A stretch of 63,515 bases of DNA, filler included, from Octopus bimaculoides (Eukaryota), in NCBI RefSeq assembly GCF_001194135.2. It is 5 parts of 4 records of this genome, joined end to end, with 100 filler letters (N's around TTAATTAATTAA, not from the genome) between each part and the next. Parts side by side here need not be neighbours in the genome. Positions count along the whole stretch, not along the records: positions 31,370 to 56,517 come from NC_068994.1; positions 56,618 to 60,838 come from NC_068987.1; positions 60,939 to 62,260 come from NW_026416787.1; positions 62,361 to 63,515 come from NW_026325357.1; 1 more part is not named here. One strand, given 5' to 3'. Below are positions 49,880 through 63,515 of the stretch, piece by piece. The notes below the pieces were generated by a model. That model searched no databases. It had not been told where the DNA came from and worked only from the letters and a program-made list of their open reading frames with translations. The position numbers and the translations under genes are program-made. Within the stretch, counting starts at the first letter, position 1, and each line of letters starts with the position of its first letter.

Positions 49880-51290
49880 TGGTTAGCTGTGCTGGAAAAA
49901 AAAAAGAAAACTATTAGAAGCGTATTATTTGTGTCTTTGCTCCACACCCAGTCTATCTATCCCTGTCAAGTCTTCTCCATAACTCATCCCTTCATTAATC
50001 TTCTATCTACGGCGGAGACCACTTAGTCAGCTGCTATAATTATACAGATGCAATACTACATCGTCTATGGAACCACTTCTTTCGTCACCCACCCCTTATT
50101 CTCACCCTCTCATATTTGTCATCATTGACTCTTCCACCTTCACTCACTCAATACATCAACTTCTACCTACCACTGACTGGTCTCTTTCTTTCTCTATCTC
50201 TCTCTCTCTCTCTCTCTCTGTAATCCCTCTTTCACCTTCACATTTCATATCATCTCCCCATCTGGGATGCCACATGCTGTGATACCTTCCCCAGTGTGTT
50301 CAGCTACCAGCTCCAAATTCTGCTGCTTGTCAGGCTGAGAAAGCAAACTCAAGGTATTGGTCACTCTCTGACAGGATTATAGTGGAGCCTATGGCAGTGG
50401 AGACCTCTGCTGTTCTCAGTCCCCAGACCACGTCCCTGCTCACCACTATCAATGGAGCAGAAATGGTTATCTGCAAGTGCAAGTCTCGTGAGTCAGAATG
50501 GCTGTTCCAGAGCATCTCCCTTACCTGTGCCTTTTCCATTTTGTCTGCTGGGACCAAGAAGCAGTCTGATTTATAGGAAATTCTACGTTCCATTAATTAA
50601 TGTAAAGTGACTCCTAATATTTAATAGTGTCTCCCTATTTATCATCTACATATGGCTTTGTTAAACTATTGCTCTCTGTTCCACCACCCCTTTATATCCT
50701 GTCACATCATCTCTTCCTCTCCACCCTGACCTCTTCCAATTTTCCATTACCTTCCCCACCAAAATGAGATTCACCATGTCAATACTTTCACTCTTGTTCA
50801 TCCGTTTGTCACTCTTCTTTCACACACTTCTGAACTTAGCCATCCACCCTCCTTAATCCTCTGTCCCTATTCTCGCTCACACTTACATCATGTTTGTATG
50901 GCCCTGATACCTCATCACTACCATCTTTTTCTCTTCTTTTTTTTTTGTTGTTGGGTAGCCGTGTACCTACCGCCTCTGTACTAGGACTCCGGGACCCTCT
51001 ATCGTACTTCAAGCTCTCGACAACTGGCATGAAGCCACCTACTTTTCGCTACTGTACACCCTACTCAGTCGAGGAGTGCTTGTATAGCTGGTCACTTGGT
51101 GACCTCATCAGTGCTGGTGCCACGAAAACGTACCCAATATACACTCCAAAGTGGTTTGCATTAGGAAAAGCATCCAACCATAAAAAACATGCCAAAGCAG
51201 ACATTGGAGTTTGACGCAGTCCTTCGGTTTGTCAATTCTTGTCAAACCGTCCAACCGATGCTAGCATGGAAGATGGCCATTAAATATGCA
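49880..51290. mobile_element. Heavily decayed RTE-related LINE/SINE fragments
   Basis: Minus-strand endonuclease-like remnants at 49880-50600. SINE tail gtgctggtgccacg...aaaccgtccaaccgatgctagcatgg is also seen at 54080-54330 and 41410-41790. Confidence 0.5.
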
Positions 51291-52306
51291 TAAAACCATG
51301 TGTGTATGCATGTATGTGTGCGTATATGTATGTTTGTATATATGTGTATCTATATGCATGTATGTTTATGTGTTTATCTGTGTGTGTGTGTGTGTGTATA
51401 AAATATGATTATATAAAATATGATTATGCTCATATATTATTTGAATGATTGATAGATAGTAAATAGATTATGCACGCAAGCGCGTGAAAACATGTTGAAA
51501 TAAACATCAATCTGCTTGTTATGTTACTTTTCGTATTCAGTTTCGTATTCTTGACAGTGCTCGGGTTGAGAAAGAATTTTCAGATTTTCCAGATTTACTT
51601 CGATGTTCCGTCAGCATGCGACGTGTTTGTGTGTAATAGGCATGTATTTTTTGGTGGGGGAGAACTTGTATTCGTACAACTTCCCCTCCACCGCTCTTCC
51701 TTCAGCCGTTGTTACATTTGCCTTTTAATTCCACGATACATGCATGACACGCGCATAGACACACGTCTGTGTGTATGTGTGCAAGGTATATGGATATACG
51801 TGTGTGTGTATGTAAAGAGGTATATGTATGTATATTGTGTTTCTATGTGTCTGCATGTCTGTTTGTGTATATGTGTGTATGTATGTGTGTAGATATGTTT
51901 GTATGCATATGTTACGTATGGGTGTGTGTATATATGTATATGTGTGCGTGCATGTTTGTATGTGTATATATGTATGTATTCCCAGTTTAGTCGCATTGTC
52001 AACGTTTGCCGACACATCAGCCTCTTCGTAACCTCAAAACGTAATATCCGCTGTCCCCCCCCCCCCNNNNNNNNNNAGTTTCCTCTAACATTCTTCAGTA
52101 TTTTCTGTCAAATTTCTCTGTATTCATTCTTGTCACTCACTCATGCACGAAGAGATTGTGTTATTGATACGGTTTATATAATACCCATAGACGTGCACAC
52201 GCATAATATATAGGTACTTAAAATATATTCTATCAACGGCCAAGGGTTTCGCACACACGCGCACATGTATATATACGTACGCAATGTACTCATGTATGTA
52301 ACCCGA

Positions 52307-52342
<36 letters not shown>

Positions 52343-52817
52343 GGATGTATATATGCATGGTATACGTTTGTGTGTGTATATCTTTAATCCTTTACTTGTT
52401 TGTCTTTGGACTGTGGCCATGCTGGGGCACCGCCTTGAGTTTTAATCGAACGAATCGATTTCTATTTATTCTTAAAGCCTGGTATTCTATCGGTTCCTTT
52501 GTCGAACCGCTAGGTTACGAGGATGTAAACAAACCAGCAAATACACGAGCGCACACACGCACACATACACATTTATACAGCATATATATGTATGTGTATA
52601 TAATATATAAGTCGTGGTTGCGTGTTAAGAAGCTTGCTTCCCAGCTATATGGTTTCAGGTTCAAATCATATACATACATACGACGGGTTCTTTCCGTTTC
52701 CGGCTATTGAATTCACTCAAAAGGCTTTGGATGAAGATATTTGTCCAAAGTGTCATGCAGTGGATTTGAACCTGAAACCATGTCGATGGGAAGCAAGCTT
52801 CTTAGCACGCAATCACG

Positions 52818-52864
<47 letters not shown>

Positions 52865-53654
52865 NNNNNNNNNNNNNNNNNNNNNNNNNNNNNNNNNNNN
52901 NNNNNNNNNNNNNNNNNNNNNNNNNNNNNNNNNNNNNNNNNNNNNNNNNNNNNNNNNNNNNNNNNNNNNNNNNNNNNNNNNNNNNNNNNNNNNNNNNNNN
53001 NNNNNNNNNNNNNNNNNNNNNNNNNNNNNNNNNNNNNNNNNNNNNNNNNNNNNNNNNNNNNNNNNNNNNNNNNNNNNNNNNNNNNNNNNNNNNNNNNNNN
53101 NNNNNNNNNNNNNNNNNNNNNNNNNNNNNNNNNNNNNNNNNNNNNNNNNNNNNNNNNNNNNNNNNNNNNNNNNNNNNNNNNNNNNNNNNNNNNNNNNNNN
53201 NNNNNNNNNNNNNNNNNNNNNNNNNNNNNNNNNNNNNNNNNNNNNNNNNNNNNNNNNNNNNNNNNNNNNNNNNNNNNNNNNNNNNNNNNNNNNNNNNNNN
53301 NNNNNNNNNNNNNNNNNNNNNNNNNNNNNNNNNNNNNNNNNNNNNNNNNNNNNNNNNNNNNNNNNNNNNNNNNNNNNNNNNNNNNNNNNNNNNNNNNNNN
53401 NNNNNNNNNNNNNNNNNNNNNNNNNNNNNNNNNNNNNNNNNNNNNNNNNNNNNNNNNNNNNNNNNNNNNNNNNNNCAGCTATATGGTTTCAGGTTCAAAT
53501 CATATACATACATACGACGGGTTCTTTCCGTTTCCGGCTATTGAATTCACTCAAAAGGCTTTGGATGAAGATATTTGTCCAAAGTGTCATGCAGTGGATT
53601 TGAACCTGAAACCATGTCGATGGGAAGCAAGCTTCTTAGCACGCAATCACGCCT

Positions 53655-53689
<35 letters not shown>

Positions 53690-53692
53690 TGT

Positions 53693-54016
53693 GAAGGTGC
53701 TTGGTTCAGTGGTTAGATCATCAGGGGCTTACAATCTTGAGGTTGTGAGATCGAATTCCTGACCAGGCTGTGTGTTGTTTTCTTGAGCAAGACACTTTAT
53801 TTCATGTTGCTTCATTTCACTCAACTGTAGAAATGTGTTGTGACATCACTGGTGCCAAGCTGTATTGGCCTTTCCCTTGGACAACATAACATGGAGAGAG
53901 GAGACTGGTATGCATGGTCAACTGCAGTTCCTCTACAAACAATCCTACCTGGACATGTACATTGGAGGGGAACTTTCTAGGTGCAATCTAATGGTCATTC
54001 ATGACCAAAGGGGCTC

Positions 54017-54020
<4 letters not shown>
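53693..54020 (+). mobile_element. tRNA-derived SINE with CORE-like central domain
   Basis: ggttcagtggttag A-box, gagatcgaattcc B-box, gttttcttgagcaagacactttatttc central block. Confidence 0.7.
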
Positions 54021-54050
<30 letters not shown>

Positions 54051-57000
54051 CACACACACACACACACACGCATACACACCTAATAACTCTGATCTCTTGG
54101 TTCCAATTGTGTCAGTTGAGAGGTCCTTATTTTACAAGCTCTTAGGTGCTGGTGCCATGTAAAAAAAACCCCCACCTAAAGCAATCTGTAAAGTAGTTGG
54201 TGTTAGGAAGGGCATCGAGCAGTAAACCATGCCAGAAGAGACAACTGGAGTCTAGTGCAGCTCTCCAGCTTCAGTCAAACTGTCCAACCCATGCCAGCAT
54301 GTAGAATGGATGTTAAGTAATGATAATATTACACACACACACACACACACATCTACCCATGCAGGCATGACCAAAACAACTACATTAATATTTTCTGCCA
54401 TCAAGGATTTCTCTAGTTCCATGGTTCTCAACCTTCTATCTTTCTTACCCTTTCTGCATGATACTATTTAACATTCACTATTTAATCCCTTACTCTCTTG
54501 CAATAATACAATAATATGCTCTAAATAATCCCTGCTTTTAAATTCTCATACCACTGCTAAAAACTGTGATTATACAGTTACAGTATAATGTGTACATATG
54601 TTTATATGTATGCATCTGTTAATCTGTTCTCTTTTACTTGTTTGTCATTAGACTGTGGCCATGCTGGGACACCTCCTTGAAGAATTTTTAGTCAAACCAA
54701 TTGACCCCAGTACTTGTTCTATCGATATCTTTTGCCAAACTGCTAAGCTATGAGGACGTAAACAAATGAACACCAGTTATTAAGCAGTGTTGGTGGGGAG
54801 GACAAACTGACACAAAGACACACACATATACTTATACAACAGTTTTTTTTAGCTTCCATCTATCAAACCCACTCACAAGACTTTGGTCAGCCCGAGAGTG
54901 GGACTGAACCTGGAACCATGTGGTTGGGAAGCAAACTTTTCACCCTGCAGGCATTTTCCTGTGTATATAAATAAATATTGAATAGTTGTGTGTACTTGTT
55001 TATGTATAAATGTGTAGTTATGTTTTTATAATATACACATATTTATAAAAATATGTATCACACATACGCACACATGTATGCATGTGTTTATATATATGAA
55101 TATATATGTAACTATTTCATTTCATGATGTTTTGCTGCATTGAGATGTGAAAGGATTGAGACAACTGGTGACATGCTATAGTGGGGAAGACCCACCCACT
55201 TGTGAAAATATGGTAAAACTGGCATAAAAAATGGTGCTATATGTGTGTGTATGTGTGTGTAAATGAAGTAGAAACAGGTTAAGAGAAATAATTCAAAGTG
55301 GCCACTGGCATGCATTAGAACAGAGGAATCCAAGTAAATTATAGCATTGAAGATAAATTCCTGATGTATTGAAATTATGCTTTCCAACCACTCGGAAGCC
55401 CTTGAGACTAGTTCCAAAATGAGAAGGGGAGATAATCTTGAAAATCATGAATTCTTTAGCATTGACATTCTATTGAGAAGATAGTCTGATTGTTTGAAGA
55501 CAAGACTGCTGTAAACATGTTCCTGCCTCAGTAGGCATCATCAGCACAGCAGCTGTCTTACCGGATTTTCAGCAAATAAAATACTAGGACATATGTACAA
55601 AATGATATATTCATGGTCTTCATATTTTACAACCCAGTGGCATGTATTAGAACAAGGGTTCATTAAATAACATAGATTTATTTATTTATTGGAATTATAT
55701 TCTTTAGGAGAAAGAGAGAGAAAGAGCTCTCACTTAGTGGCAACTGGTACCAAGTCTAAATGAGAAGGAGAGATATGCCACACAATCTTTCCTTCACAAG
55801 TCTACATCTGGTGTCTCTTCTCATCATGTTTGATTACCCTTTCTGTATTACAAGTCATCACTCCCATTCCCCCAAGCCATTTGCTGTTGGCATCCATTAC
55901 TTACTTAAACACAGTCTCCTCTTCTTCTTCCGTTATTTGTCACACACTCTCTCCTCCAATAACTCTGTTTCTACCATCATATTCTTGCAACCCTCACGTC
56001 CTCCTGGTTCTTTTTTTCCTGTCATTACTTTGAGTAAAAGAAAAAGCATATCATACAGTAGTGAGGACTATCTAGTCTTACAGGATAAAAGGCAAATTTA
56101 TTAATGTTAGTGACACCGTAGGATTCATTGAGTATATTTTGTAAAGTAGTTGGTGAAGTAGCAGGACTACCATCTTAAGTTTGGATGTTGCAATAAAGTG
56201 TTCAGTGCAGTCTTGTAAAATGGTTGGTGTTAGGAAGAGAACAGTTGTTGAAACCAATTCAAAGTTTAAGATGTACAAGTGTGGTGTGATCCTCCAGTCC
56301 ATCTGCAAGGGCAGTAGCTCCTGATAAAAATTAATCTGATTGCCTAAATGAATAGCACATGTAAAATTACACATACACACACAGTGTATGTCTGTCTATC
56401 TCTCTCTCTACATCTGTCGATATCTATCTCTCTATATCTGTCTGTCTATATTTGTCTATCTGTCTGTCTATCCACTACCTGTCTATCTATATCTATGTAT
56501 CTGTCTATCTATATCTANNNNNNNNNNNNNNNNNNNNNNNNNNNNNNNNNNNNNNNNNNNNTTAATTAATTAANNNNNNNNNNNNNNNNNNNNNNNNNNN
56601 NNNNNNNNNNNNNNNNNCGCCTTTATATATATATATTTATATTTATATATTTATATATTTGATCCTTTATATTGAACACTCAATATTTCATCTACATTCA
56701 ATACTTTCTTTCATGGTGCCATCCATTTTTATTTTATTTTATTTTATATTGTATATTGTATATCATATTATATATTGTATATTCCATATTCTATACCCCA
56801 CATTAGTTCTGCAGGAATATAAATAAAACATAAAAAACAGACAGTGTTGGAACTCTTTTAAGCAACATAATATATATATATATATATATATATATGAACC
56901 TAACGTATCAGCTAATATATTTGAATGAATAATTATATTTACTAATAACTAATTTAAATTTTAAAAAGTAAATAAATATTGTAAACATAAGATAAATAAA

Positions 57001-57278
57001 TAAAAAGTAACAACTGGGTACATAACTACATGTATTTTATCAATAATAAGGGTAGAGAATATGGTATGGGCATTATGAATAGTGTGAAAAGTAGGGAGCA
57101 GGCTTGTAAACTCTCCATCATTTAGGATGTGAAATATATCATTCAATCTTGACCTGAGGAGGAATTTTGCTTGCTTCAACATAATAATGCACTTTAAAAT
57201 ATGAATGACAGCAATCAGCCGAAACGCAGCGTAGGCAGTACGAATGAACTTATTAATTCTTAGTACGTACATATTTGT

Positions 57279-57512
57279 AAGGCGGCGAGCTGGCAGAAAC
57301 GTTAGCACGCTGGGCGAAATGCTTAGCGGTATTTTGTCTGCTGAGTTCAAATTCTGAGTTCAAATTCCGCCGAGGTCGACTTAGCCTTTCATCCTTTCGG
57401 GGTCGATAAATAAAGCACCAGTTACGCACTGGGGTCCATGTAATCGACTTAATCCGTTTGTCCATTCTTGCTTGTCCCCTCTATGTTTAGCCCCTTGTGG
57501 GCAATAAAGAAT
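57279..57512 (+). mobile_element. Full-length SINE family A
   Basis: aaggcggcgagctggcagaaacgttagcacg...ggggtcgataaataaagcaccag...gcaataaagaa. Confidence 0.9.
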
Positions 57513-57609
57513 ATGAATGAACTTATTAATTTGACAGGGCTATGATAATAAATTGATTATTCTATGTATGTATTCTCCGTTTTCTTTGAATTGTTATACA
57601 TATAATATA

Positions 57610-57654
<45 letters not shown>

Positions 57655-57672
57655 ATGTGTGTGTTTGTAGAC

Positions 57673-57706
<34 letters not shown>

Positions 57707-59849
57707 GTATATATATAGCATTCAGGTGAATTGAGGGAGAAAGCAATATGCTTGTGAATGAAATTAAAGAAAGTAAGATAGACAAGTAAATGGATTTAAT
57801 TGTATGAAAACCAATAAGCCGAGAGAAATGGAACTACACTATTCGGAAAAGAACAAAGGATGATAGAGTGTTATTAAATGTAAAGAAGAGAACGAAAATC
57901 ATCAGGTAAGAAGAAAAATATATTAAAGAAAACTACGGCAACAATAAAAACAGATGATAGTTGATTAAATAATTATAATACATGCAATAGAAATGTCAGT
58001 AGACAAGTTTGATTTAAATTAATTTTCCAGTTATGAGTTATGAAGATATGTCCTTACGTAAAGTCTGTAAATTTGATAAGAAATTGCTGTACTTTCAACA
58101 ATATTTTGATCACAAGCAGCTTTTCACAGAAAACTACGAATTAGGTAGTAGGACTAGAAATATTCAAAGGATATATGACGCACTTCAAATTCCCAAATCA
58201 TTTAAAGAATATGGAAAAATTCTACGTATAGGGAGTAATATGTTCATTTAAATAGTGAAATTTTCTGTAGAATTTAATTACTTTCTGATGATATTTTGAT
58301 AAGATTTGTTACAGAATTAAAAAAAAATGTTTTATTGAAGACTTCAATATTAAAAACTGCTCAACGATTAGCTTTATTATCTCGTGCTTTAACCACGATC
58401 ATTCATTTGAACTACAATAGAAAAGTAGTGTTTCTCTTCTTTTGGTGCCTAAAAGTAGCAGCTAGGCTGTGCGTACCAGTCTGCACAGTTATAACGTTCA
58501 GTATATAATGTAATGACTATGATTGCAAACATAAATTTAACTTTTGTACAACTGTTGTTAATTCTTAAGAAGCCTATGGCAACAAGGAAAATTGTTACGC
58601 AGCTACTATAACTTTATAAGGCTTCATACATAATAATTCTACAATTACGTAGTTTTGTTTTCTTTGTGAGGCGTTACAAGTTGGAATGCGTGGTGTAGCC
58701 CCTTGGAAAACATTGTATCTTACAGCGTTGTTACAATAGTTCCTTGGATGAAAAGTTTCGTAATTGACGACTACTACTATTGCTGAAATTCTTAAAGTAT
58801 AGGTGAGAGAGAACTTCCTCCCAAGTGATATACACATGGAAACACACACTCATAAAGTCACACGTACGTACACCCTGCGAGCGTACAACTGTATGTGAGT
58901 GAGATCTAACTATATGTATGTATGCATATATNNNNNNNNNNNNNNNNNNNNNNNNNNNNNNNNNNNNNNNNNNNNNNNNNNNNNNNNNNNNNNNNNNNNN
59001 NNNNNNNNNNNNNNNNNNNNNNNNNNNNNNNNNNNNNNNNNNNNNNNNNNNNNNNNNNNNNNNNNNNNNNNNNNNNNNNNNNNNNNNNNNNNNNNNNNNN
59101 NNNNNNNNNNNNNNNNNNNNNNNNNNNNNNNNNNNNNNNNNNNNNNNNNNNNNNNNNNNNNNNNNNNNNNNNNNNNNNNNNNNNNNNNNNNNNNNNNNNN
59201 NNNNNNNNNNNNNNNNNNNNNNNNNNNNNNNNNNNNNNNNNNNNNNNNNNNNNNNNNNNNNNNNNNNNNNNNNNNNNNNNNNNNNNNNNNNNNNNNNNNN
59301 NNNNNNNNNNNNNNNNNNNNNNNNNNNNNNNNNNNNNNNNNNNNNNNNNNNNNNNNNNNNNNNNNNNNNNNNNNNNNNNNNNNNNNNNNNNNNNNNNNNN
59401 NNNNNNNNNNNNNNNNNNNNNNNNNNNNNNNNNNNNNNNNNNNNNNNNNNNNNNNNNNNNNNNNNNNNNNNNNNNNNNNNNNNNNNNNNNNNNNNNNNNN
59501 NNTATATATATATGCATAAACGTACACACATATATTCTCTTTCTACATGTTTCAATCATTAGACTGCGGCTACGCTGGGAGACCGCATCGAAGAATTTTT
59601 AGTCGAATGAATTGATCCCAGTAATTAAATTTTTCTTTTTTCTTTCTTTGCTAGGCCAAGTACTTATTCTATCGGTCCATTTTGCCGAACTGCTACATTA
59701 GGGGAATGTAAACACACCAACGCCGGTTGTCAAGTAGTGGTGGGAGACGAACACAAATACAAACACACACGCACGCAGGCAAACATACGCATAATATACA
59801 CACACCCACCCACACATAGACGCACACATACGCACACACATGCACATAT

Positions 59850-60420
59850 CCGAAGAACACTGTTGCTTAGTCACTGGAAGTGCTGCCGAATCATTTCCTC
59901 ACCCGAGCTCGGAAAAGAAGTGACGATTATCCAACTGACGCGGGTTTCAAATTTCATATTCCCAGCCCCTCATACCCTCAAACCAGTATGTTCCACTAGT
60001 CTTCATCGTTGCATAAAGGTTGTCTATTTGTAGTGTGATTTTCAAGCATTTCCTTTTCATGATATCGATTATAGGGAGTAAAACCAGTACAGACTTGCAA
60101 TTACTTTTCAAAGACAAAAGATCCCATCTCCGAAATCCAGGCTTGGGAGTGAAGATCATAAATTGAATGGTTTTCATGTGTTACATAACAAGCTCTTTCT
60201 CCTTGCTCAACGATTTGACAAAAAAAAAAGGGATCTACAATTCACAAGTGGTCAAGCAACACACTTGTTCAATATCAGACCTAATTCTACCAAAGCAATC
60301 GGCAGATTGTTATGTACGTTGATATTGATTGTCCTTTGGCTAGATATTGATCCTTGTTTTGCCAGGTGCCTAACAACCCTTCTCACTATCTATGTTTGGT
60401 GGTAGATCTTATTTAGTCGG
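59850..60420 (+). mobile_element. Possible Penelope-like remnant
   Basis: Broken translation ...CNYFSKTKDPISE...QIVMYVDIDCP loosely resembles the linker before Penelope GIY-YIG domains. Confidence 0.3.
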
Positions 60421-60513
60421 CAACAATTTATTTTCGCTTCAAGATGTACTGGACTATACGCCACCAATGTGACCAGCAGCACAGGTCAGCAACCCAACAA
60501 TACGGACAAATGC

Positions 60514-60544
<31 letters not shown>

Positions 60545-63515
60545 TGTATGTATGCTTGTATGTATGTATGTATGTATGTATGTATACACATACACACGTA
60601 CACACACACACATATGTGTAATTCCGGTTGTCGATTTTATCTTTTTCCTCTCCTTTGGACATTTCTCCTTTCCAACGGAGAGCTATGCCCGAAATTAAGC
60701 TCTGTCCTTTCACCGAGCGTCACGCTAATACATTTCTTGTGCACGTCTGCACGTCACTTTCGTTTTAACCATTTTCGTATTTTTGTTCGTTTTTTGAATT
60801 ATTTGTTCATTAAATAGACTATATATATATATATATATNNNNNNNNNNNNNNNNNNNNNNNNNNNNNNNNNNNNNNNNNNNNTTAATTAATTAANNNNNN
60901 NNNNNNNNNNNNNNNNNNNNNNNNNNNNNNNNNNNNNNTATATCATCATCATCATCATCATCATTGTCTCCAAAGTATTTCAGTATCATCACTATCATCA
61001 TACACACATACAAAATACATATACACACGCTTAAACACATACTCACCTGTATACAGAGTCACCTATTCACATGTGCATACTTGTAAACACTCTCTCTCTC
61101 TCACATACACACACACACAGACACCTATGTACTGACACTGACACAATTACACACAAATATGTACATAACGTACAACCTTTAATTGTATACTGTCAGCAAT
61201 CTTAATCAAAATCATTATATTGCTGTTAATCAGTTTTTTGGCTTGACTGTATTATTACTGTTACACCATCAAGCCAATTTAAAAGGTTAAATGCTGCTTA
61301 AATTACTATATTTGGTCATTAAGTAAATACGAGATAAGATAAGGAATTGACATACTTATATGATTAGAGTGGTAGATGCCAGCATTGGCTGAGCACTGGG
61401 CTTAAATATCTTGTAAATATTCTCTTAAGCCTATACATTTTGAGTCCAAATCTTGCCAGACAACTGTCTTGCATCCATAATGGGGTTAGTACCATTGATA
61501 TACTGGACTCAATTCAGTTGACAAAATACTTACTATCCCTTATATAAAAAAATACACAGCTTTGTAATTTTCTATTAAAATGAGTACCAAGAAGGTGAAT
61601 GGGTGTATTTTGTTGGATGAATAATGGGTTAGTAAATTTATTAAATGTTTGAGTGAGTACTTGGGTAGATTTATTTAGTGCTTGAGTGACATAAAGAAGG
61701 TTCCTTAACCTTATTGGTTATATCCAGGTAAATTAAAAGTAAATAAATAAAATAATGAAGTCAAGCAAGAGATGATGGTTGAGGAAATAATGTTTCAAGG
61801 TAAATCAAGTGAAAAAATATAATATTCATCAATAACAATTTGCAGGTATCTATTGATAACAAAAGTTATTGATCCTTAAAAATCAATGATTATATAATCT
61901 GTTGAGCTGATTGTTGTTTCTGAATGAAAGTATCATGGCTTTAACTATCAACAAATGAGATATCAGAAACAGCATTTTATGTTATCATATTCAAACAAGA
62001 TATCATACCCTAACACATATATCAACTGTGCAACATCAGGCTGGCATATCTTTTACTGGTTTCAGTCATTAGATGGTAGCCATACTGGAACACCACCTTG
62101 AAGAATTTTTAGCTGAATGAATCAACCCCAGTACTTAATTTTTTTTTTTAAACCTATCAGTCTCTTATTGCCAAACTGGTAAGTTATAAAGGGATGTAAA
62201 CACAACACCATTGTCAAACAGTAGTGAGGGACAAACACATGCAAAGACACACATTCATGCNNNNNNNNNNNNNNNNNNNNNNNNNNNNNNNNNNNNNNNN
62301 NNNNTTAATTAATTAANNNNNNNNNNNNNNNNNNNNNNNNNNNNNNNNNNNNNNNNNNNNAAAAATGAAAAAATTGATAAACATGAAAATGGAAAAGAAT
62401 AAAAAGGAAAACTGAAAAAATTAACATCTTATTGAATCTAATAACATTTTTATAACAAATCATCCCATGTCTGTTGAGGAGGCCAAACGCCAACAATGTG
62501 TTGAAGTATTGAATCAAAAGGATCTAACTCTTTTAATTCAATCTCTTGTTGCCACATAAACTCAATTTTTTAGTGGGGAGATAACCCAATTTTTTAATGG
62601 GGGTGAGACACACACACAACACTGTTAAATAAGGTCAAAAATTATGACATCGACGATGATGGCATGCAGATCTGTTAAAAATGTTAGAAGCATTTCCTCC
62701 ACATCTCTATTTATTTCCCGCGATATCTAATTTAAAACTTTCAATACAGCAAACAGTGCAGACAAGAAAGTAAGCCCCTGGTGAGCTAAGGTTGTGACCT
62801 GGTTTTTGCGTTGCCATTTTAGATAGATATTTCGCTTCACACGTATTTTTGAAATCAATAGACATGAGAATAAATTGCTAAGCAAGCTCTGTGATATGAA
62901 GCAATGAATGTACTTCTATACTTCTCAGCAGTCACTCAACACACAGCAAACAGCATCCAAATCCCCTAAGAAGTCACATCCTACGGTTTTACAAAAAAAA
63001 AAATAATGGTATAGTCCAATATATAATGAATCCGAGGTGGGGGTGGGGGTAAACTGTCATAACTATAATATCTTTGATCTTAAGACTATCGATCAGGGCT
63101 GACCTGAAACTAAGTAAATTTATTAACCTCACCTTCGAGATACAAACTATTAGAATTATAAGGTCGCAATTAAGAGTAAGAAAAGCAAGTGCTTTCTCTT
63201 GCAGAAAGCTTGCTGGTCCTTAAATAACACTTATTGAAGAGGAGCGAATCCTGGTTGGTTGCGATTCTGGTGGGAAATGGCATGGGTAAAGATCTCTTGA
63301 AGTTGAGGACGCCTACATAGGTGAACTGGAGTTAGAGCAAAACAGTTGTTTGAAAAGGCTAGAGATTGCAGTAATAATAATAATAATATGTGGTTATATT
63401 TACAAGAAAGATATAGACAGACAGATATAAGGCAGCAGTCGACCTTGCCTTTCCTCCTTTCGAGGCCAGTAAAATAAGTACCAGTTGAGCACTGGGGACA
63501 ATGTAATAAACTAAC

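Noticed and set aside
52642-53690. Tandem duplication across the 52865-53475 gap
   Set aside because: The two ~200-bp copies are essentially identical and abut the gap; most likely a contig-overlap artefact.
57720-58510. Decayed coding sequence (ORFs 58033-58251, 58296-58508)
   Set aside because: Short, no recognisable motifs or consistent splice sites; cannot be assigned.
46571-63515. Second and later Lst2/ZFYVE28 exons
   Set aside because: Searched by eye for YYADE...ELDSxDGRKDP...C and LAGQLWFGAE; not found, probably in gaps or beyond the window.

Overview
AT-rich, gap-ridden, repeat-saturated eukaryotic draft scaffold. The SINE families and (CA)n/(TA)n/(TATG)n load suggest an octopod cephalopod (inference). 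No bacterial or CRISPR features. Genes supported by exon-level evidence: (i) a probable secreted orphan protein (signal-peptide exon 7630-7710 phase-compatible with exon 19682-20079); (ii) an adenosine deaminase 2 (ADA2/ADGF) N-terminal exon at 29263-29635; (iii) the first coding exon of an Lst2/ZFYVE28 homologue at 46535-46570, behind an ETS-CRE promoter motif. The rest is transposon debris: a Tx1-like LINE, a mariner, a DD37D maT, hAT MITEs, Penelope and RTE remnants and dozens of SINEs. The most striking structure is a composite element at 10287-16692: a ~5.9-kb Tx1-type LINE with a perfect 15-bp target-site duplication, inserted into a ~530-bp non-autonomous element with ~215-bp terminal inverted repeats. 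This resembles the Xenopus Tx1L-in-Tx1D arrangement. All alignments and translations were done by eye; no database searches were run.
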